DNA of 28,942 bases from an uncultured archaeon (GTDB lineage Archaea > Iainarchaeota > Iainarchaeia > Iainarchaeales > 0-14-0-20-30-16), in NCBI GenBank assembly GCA_964565725.1, contig CAZMGA010000007.1:1-28942 (forward strand), written 5' to 3'. How positions within the stretch are numbered: position 1 is the first letter of the stretch; each line of letters opens with the position of its first letter. The position numbers and the translations under genes were made by a program. The notes under the pieces were generated by a model. It was given only the letters and a program-made list of their open reading frames with translations. It made no database searches and was not told the DNA's origin. Shown here one piece after another: positions 24,950 to 28,942 of the stretch.

Positions 24950-26140
24950 ATGTTAGGAAAAAATATTGAACTTGTTTCTGGTGTTGGAGATTATCCTAGT
25001 TTAAAAGCAGCAATTAATGCGAAAGCAGATTCTGTTTATTTTGGTATTCAAGGTTTGAATATGAGAGATTTTGGTAAAAATTTTGAATTAAAAGATTTAT
25101 CCAAAATAGTTAAATTTTGTCATGATAATAAAGTTAAAGCATACTTAGCATTAAATACTATAGTTTATGACGAAGAAATAAAGTTTATTAGAAAAATATT
25201 AAAATTAGCAAAGAAAAATAAAATAGATGGTATAATTTGTTCAGATTTATTAGTTTTGCAAGAAGCAAAAAAATTAAATTTAGATATTCATATTAGTACT
25301 CAAATGTCTGTTTCTAATTTAGAAAGTATAAATTTATTAAAAAAATTAGGAGCAAAAAGAGTTGTTTTGGCAAGAGAATTGAATTTAGAACAAATAAAAA
25401 ACATTTCTAAAAAATCTAAATTAGAAATAGAAGTTTTTGTTCATGGTTCTCTTTGTATCGCTGTTTCAGGAAGATGTTTTTTAAGTCTTTATTTTCACGA
25501 TCGAAGTGCTAATCGTGGAAGATGTGTTCAACCATGTAGAAGATTATGGAAGTTAGAAAGTTCTGAAGAGTCTGCCGAAATGTATGAAAATCAAATTATT
25601 AGCTCTAAAGATTTATGTACTTTAGATTTTTTAGATAAATTAATTAATTCAAAAATAAAAGTTTTAAAGATAGAGGGTAGAACAAAAGGCCCGGATTATA
25701 TATATGTAGTTACAAAAGTGTATAAAGAAGCAATTAATTTAATTAAAAATAATAAATTTACTAAAAAGAAAAAAGAAGAATTATTAAAAGAATTAAGTTC
25801 TGTTTTTAATAGGGGTTTTACTTCTGGTTTTTATTTTAGAAAACCAGATTATAATGATATAACTACTAGTAAAAAATCTGAAAGAACAAAAAAGCAAATA
25901 TGTATTGGTAGAATAAAAAAGTATTACTCTAAAATAAATGTGGTTGAATTTAATGCAGATGTAGATTTTAAATTAGGGGAAGAAATAATTATTAAAGGTG
26001 CAAAAACTTATTTTAGACAAAAGATAGAATCTATAGAAGTTAACAATAAAGTTGTAGTTAATGTAAAAAGAAATGATGATGTTTGTATTAAAGTAATAGA
26101 TAAAGTCAGAAAAAATGATTTGATTTATGCTTTAAGATGA
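24950..26140 (+). CDS. U32 family peptidase-like protein (TrhP/YegQ-like, tRNA/rRNA hydroxylation family)
   Basis: 'ELVSGVGDYPSLKAAINAKADSVYFGIQGLNMR', 'EVFVHGSLCIAVSGRCFLSLYFHDRSANRGRCVQPCRRLW', 'VLKIEGRTKGPDYIYVVTKVYKEAI'. Confidence 0.9.
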   Translation: MLGKNIELVSGVGDYPSLKAAINAKADSVYFGIQGLNMRDFGKNFELKDLSKIVKFCHDNKVKAYLALNTIVYDEEIKFIRKILKLAKKNKIDGIICSDLLVLQEAKKLNLDIHISTQMSVSNLESINLLKKLGAKRVVLARELNLEQIKNISKKSKLEIEVFVHGSLCIAVSGRCFLSLYFHDRSANRGRCVQPCRRLWKLESSEESAEMYENQIISSKDLCTLDFLDKLINSKIKVLKIEGRTKGPDYIYVVTKVYKEAINLIKNNKFTKKKKEELLKELSSVFNRGFTSGFYFRKPDYNDITTSKKSERTKKQICIGRIKKYYSKINVVEFNADVDFKLGEEIIIKGAKTYFRQKIESIEVNNKVVVNVKRNDDVCIKVIDKVRKNDLIYALR

Positions 26141-27322
26141 TTCTTTATCTATTTTTAATAATATTTCTTTTAAAGCTAAATCTGGATTATCTTTTAGTGT
26201 AGGCAAAATAGCATTTACATTAAAACTATTATTAAAATTAGCATCTTTAAGATTTTGAATAAATATATTTTTACTATTTGATAATGCTAATTCTTTATCT
26301 TCTGAGAAATTTATGTTTTCTAATTTTGATTTTAATTCTTTTACTTCTAGTTTTTTATCCAACATTAATATATAATTATTAGATAAAAAATCTTTTTCAG
26401 AAATGTTTTTTTCTCCAAAATTAATTTTTGCATTAATTTTAATTTTAATTATAGGTTTTAATTCATTTTCTATTTCGTGTTTTTCTAAAATTTCTGAAAT
26501 GTTTTTTACAATATTTTCTTTATTTGTATTTTCTTCATTTATTTCATAATAATAATGTTCTCTTTGTTTTTCTATTGGTACAAATTTAATATTTTTATCT
26601 TTTGTATTATAAATGCAAAATCCTCTTTGTTCTTTTATTTCATTTTTTTTAATTTGGGTAATTATAGTTGAACCAGGAATAATAAATTTACTATTTTTTA
26701 TACTTAATTCGTATTTCTTATGTAAATGTCCATTAATATATAGGTCAAAGCCATCAGGTAAATCTTCAAAAGATAAATTAGATATCATTTCATCATCGAA
26801 AGCTAATAATTCATTATAACTTTGATGGGTCATTAATATATTGCAATAATTTTTTATAGGTTGAAAATTTATTTTTTTTAATACATCTTTTGCAACTTTT
26901 TCAGGAACTCCTGACATTCCAAATATTGCTATGTCTTCATTTTCATTATTTACGATTATATTATTATGTTTTAATTGATAAATATATTTTGAGTTTTCTA
27001 AAATGTCTATTGGTGAAATATAATCTTTTCCTTTATATTCGTGGGTTCCTGCAATAGCTATTATTGGTTTTATTAATATTTTATCTTCTAAATTTGTTTT
27101 AATTTTTTGTTTGCCTACATATTTAGATAAAATTTTAAAAACATAATTCATTGTTTTAGAACTAGGTTCCTCTAAATCAAATATATCTCCAGGCATTAAA
27201 ATAACATCACAATTTTGCATAGCATAGTTTAAAGCTTGTTCAAAATTAGAATAACAATCAGTTTCTAATTCAGTATTTTCTTTAAATCCAAAATGGGTAT
27301 CTGAAATAATTGAAATTTTCAT
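26132..27322 (-). CDS. Mre11/SbcD-like metallophosphoesterase
   Basis: 'ISDTHFG', 'MPGDIFD', 'IAGTHEY', 'MTHQS', 'YINGHLHKKYE', 'IIPGSTI'. ATG 27322 preferred over 27361. Confidence 0.82.
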   Translation of the reverse strand: MKISIISDTHFGFKENTELETDCYSNFEQALNYAMQNCDVILMPGDIFDLEEPSSKTMNYVFKILSKYVGKQKIKTNLEDKILIKPIIAIAGTHEYKGKDYISPIDILENSKYIYQLKHNNIIVNNENEDIAIFGMSGVPEKVAKDVLKKINFQPIKNYCNILMTHQSYNELLAFDDEMISNLSFEDLPDGFDLYINGHLHKKYELSIKNSKFIIPGSTIITQIKKNEIKEQRGFCIYNTKDKNIKFVPIEKQREHYYYEINEENTNKENIVKNISEILEKHEIENELKPIIKIKINAKINFGEKNISEKDFLSNNYILMLDKKLEVKELKSKLENINFSEDKELALSNSKNIFIQNLKDANFNNSFNVNAILPTLKDNPDLALKEILLKIDKESS

Positions 27323-27372
27323 ATATAAATAATTTAGGAAAAGTATAAATAATGCTCTCACTTAATATAATT

Positions 27373-27921
27373 ATGCATATAGATTCATTTTATGAATTAG
27401 AATTAAAATCATTATTAACAAAAGAAGAATATGATTTTTTATTAGCTGATTTATCTAAAGATTATATTAAGCTTGATGATGATATTGTTTATAATAAAAG
27501 GTATAGGCCTGGAGATATAAGATTAAGACATTCTAATAGGGTTTTTGAATTAGTTAAAAAAGATTTAATTAATGAGTATGTTTGTAAAAAAACTGTTTTT
27601 AGTTTTGATAATAAAGACGATTTTGATAAAATGCAAGATGTTTTTGACAATTTACAATTAATATCAGAACCTACGAGTATTAAACATAACCAAGATTTTA
27701 GATTTGATTTGGATGGTTATAATTATATTATATCTTTACAAGATATAAAAGATTTTACTTATTTTATTGAAATAAAAATTCAAATAGATGATGAAAATTT
27801 CATTTTGCACGAAATGAATATTAAATCTATATTTAAAAGATTAAATTTAAAACCTATAAATCCTAAAGAATTTAGTACTTTAATTGCTCAATATGTTTTA
27901 AAAAATAAAAAATTGTTATAA
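27373..27921 (+). CDS. CYTH-like domain protein, second divergent copy
   Basis: 'FYELELKSLLTKEEYDFL' (ExExK), 'KRYRPGDIRLRHSN', 'FELVKKD', 'YFIEIKIQID'. Confidence 0.6.
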   Translation: MHIDSFYELELKSLLTKEEYDFLLADLSKDYIKLDDDIVYNKRYRPGDIRLRHSNRVFELVKKDLINEYVCKKTVFSFDNKDDFDKMQDVFDNLQLISEPTSIKHNQDFRFDLDGYNYIISLQDIKDFTYFIEIKIQIDDENFILHEMNIKSIFKRLNLKPINPKEFSTLIAQYVLKNKKLL

Positions 27922-27934
27922 TAAAAAAAGAAAA

Positions 27935-27958
27935 TAGAAAAATAAAATTATTTTTCTA
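27935..27958. terminator. long perfect palindrome between convergent genes, likely bidirectional terminator
   Basis: TAGAAAAATAA-aa-TTATTTTTCTA, T-tract on the minus-strand side; contains the stop codon of the pilin-like gene. Confidence 0.5.
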
Positions 27959-28106
27959 CTGGTTGAGCTTTATTTAAAGATACGCTATCTTTAAACATCC
28001 CTTTTAGAACACCAATAACTACTACTGCTACAATAGCCATTACTAGTATCATATAAAGTGTGTTCATTGAACTTTGTGCTTTTTTATCTTTTATAAAACC
28101 CATTTA
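27948..28106 (-). CDS. 52-aa type IV pilin-like/archaellin-like small protein (not in ORF track)
   Basis: Manual translation MGFIKDKKAQSSMNTLYMILVMAIVAVVVIGVLKGMFKDSVSLNKAQPVEK*; charged leader, KKA/QSS class III-like signal, one hydrophobic helix. Confidence 0.65.
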
Positions 28107-28114
28107 TAATCACT

Positions 28115-28582
28115 TTAATTTCTAGGACCTACAAATAAATAACATGCAAAAGTATCTCGAGGGTCAGCACTACAACCACTTGGGAAATATTGATCTATAT
28201 CTTGGGAACCACATACCGCATATAATTTATATTTTGTTTTTGAACTTCCTATATAATTTATTCTTACATCATCTAATTCAATATTTTGAACGTTTTCACA
28301 TGTACCAAAAACTATATTATCTGTACCTACATCTGTTTCTTCAGCTATTGATGCTTTAGGTATAGATCCATCTTTTTCAAATGTTATTTCTGAATTTTTT
28401 GTAGCATAATATGTATTTTGAGCATTGTTTATTAATGTTATAGAAGTATCTACTGGATCATTTCCTGCGTTGAAACCAATTCCTCCCATAATTGCTAATA
28501 ACAAACCCAATATTGCTATTGATACTAATGCAGCAATTAAAAGGTTAAAAACACTTGAACTTTGTCCTTTTGAATTAAACAT
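28115..28582 (-). CDS. type IV pilin-like secreted protein with C-terminal four-cysteine domain
   Basis: 'MFNSKGQSSSVFNLLIAALVSIAILGLLLAIMGG' class III-like signal/pilin helix; Cys residues at FGTC, AVC, SGC, FAC. Confidence 0.7.
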   Translation of the reverse strand: MFNSKGQSSSVFNLLIAALVSIAILGLLLAIMGGIGFNAGNDPVDTSITLINNAQNTYYATKNSEITFEKDGSIPKASIAEETDVGTDNIVFGTCENVQNIELDDVRINYIGSSKTKYKLYAVCGSQDIDQYFPSGCSADPRDTFACYLFVGPRN

Positions 28583-28722
28583 AACAATCCTCCATATAAA
28601 TATAATTATAACTATATTTAAAACACCAATCTTTAAAAAAGTATCTTATCAATATATATAGTATTCTATTTAAATATAATAAAAATAAGGATGTAATTTA
28701 ATATTTATTAAGAGTGAATTTT

Positions 28723-28942
28723 ATGCACATTTCTGAGGTTCAAAGAAAAATAGCTGTTTTATTATTGGTAGAGCCTAAAACTATAGAGGATATAAATAAA
28801 CAATTAGATTTAGGTTTTGAATCTATAACTAATGAAATAAATAATATGCTAAAATTAGGGTTAGTTAAAAAAACAGATGATTTTCCTACAAAATACGTTT
28901 TGGATGAATATATTATTAATGAATTGAAAAAAAGGAAAGAGA
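28723..28942 (+). CDS. winged-helix transcriptional regulator-like protein (3' end outside window)
   Basis: Manual translation MHISEVQRKIAVLLLVEPKTIEDINKQLDLGFESITNEINNMLKLGLVKKTDDFPTKYVLDEYIINELKKRKE...; typical wHTH spacing. Confidence 0.65.
   Translation, partial: MHISEVQRKIAVLLLVEPKTIEDINKQLDLGFESITNEINNMLKLGLVKKTDDFPTKYVLDEYIINELKKRKE

Noticed and set aside
26613-26819. Plus ORF inside the Mre11-like gene
   Set aside because: Shadow ORF with low-complexity composition.
28144-28661. Plus ORFs 28144-28359 and 28425-28661 opposite the pilin-like gene
   Set aside because: Antisense Leu/Tyr/His-rich or Ile/Lys-rich translations without family resemblance.
1-28942. Mobile element, prophage or defence island
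   Set aside because: No transposase, integrase, terminal inverted repeats, Cas, restriction or toxin-antitoxin signature seen; gene order is dominated by conserved archaeal housekeeping genes.

Overview
AT-rich archaeal chromosome segment. A DPANN-like lineage is my inference from gene content and small gene sizes, not proven. It is densely packed with short intergenic gaps and frequent Shine-Dalgarno-like motifs. The backbone is the archaeal proteasome/exosome superoperon: psmA - SBDS - rrp4 - rrp41 - rrp42 - rpl37ae - rpoP - Brix - pcc1 - prefoldin beta. Other recognisable genes are truD (3' part), a bacterial-type thrS without a TGS domain, Trm56, trkH/trkA, rps8e, nrdR plus a class II ribonucleotide reductase, a cobalamin adenosyltransferase, a U32-family protein, an Mre11-like phosphoesterase, and two small pilin-like proteins. 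There are two tRNA genes, Leu-TAG and Gly-TCC. I see no CRISPR array, transposase or integrase. The best candidates for something undescribed are: (i) a 1131-aa cytosolic, internally repeated helical protein with a distinctive C-terminal domain, preceded by a kinase-like gene and an arrestin-like gene, inserted just upstream of the proteasome/exosome operon; (ii) a perfect 29-bp duplication of the adenosyltransferase gene start, creating a decoy 25-aa mini-ORF with a truncated P-loop; (iii) tRNA-Gly (C55 in the T-loop) 20 nt ahead of a three-gene operon that encodes the C56 methyltransferase Trm56; (iv) terminator-like hairpins folded around stop codons; (v) a structured region upstream of tRNA-Leu. 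Two small genes absent from the ORF track (rpoP, pilin-like) and one 3'-truncated wHTH gene were read directly from the sequence.
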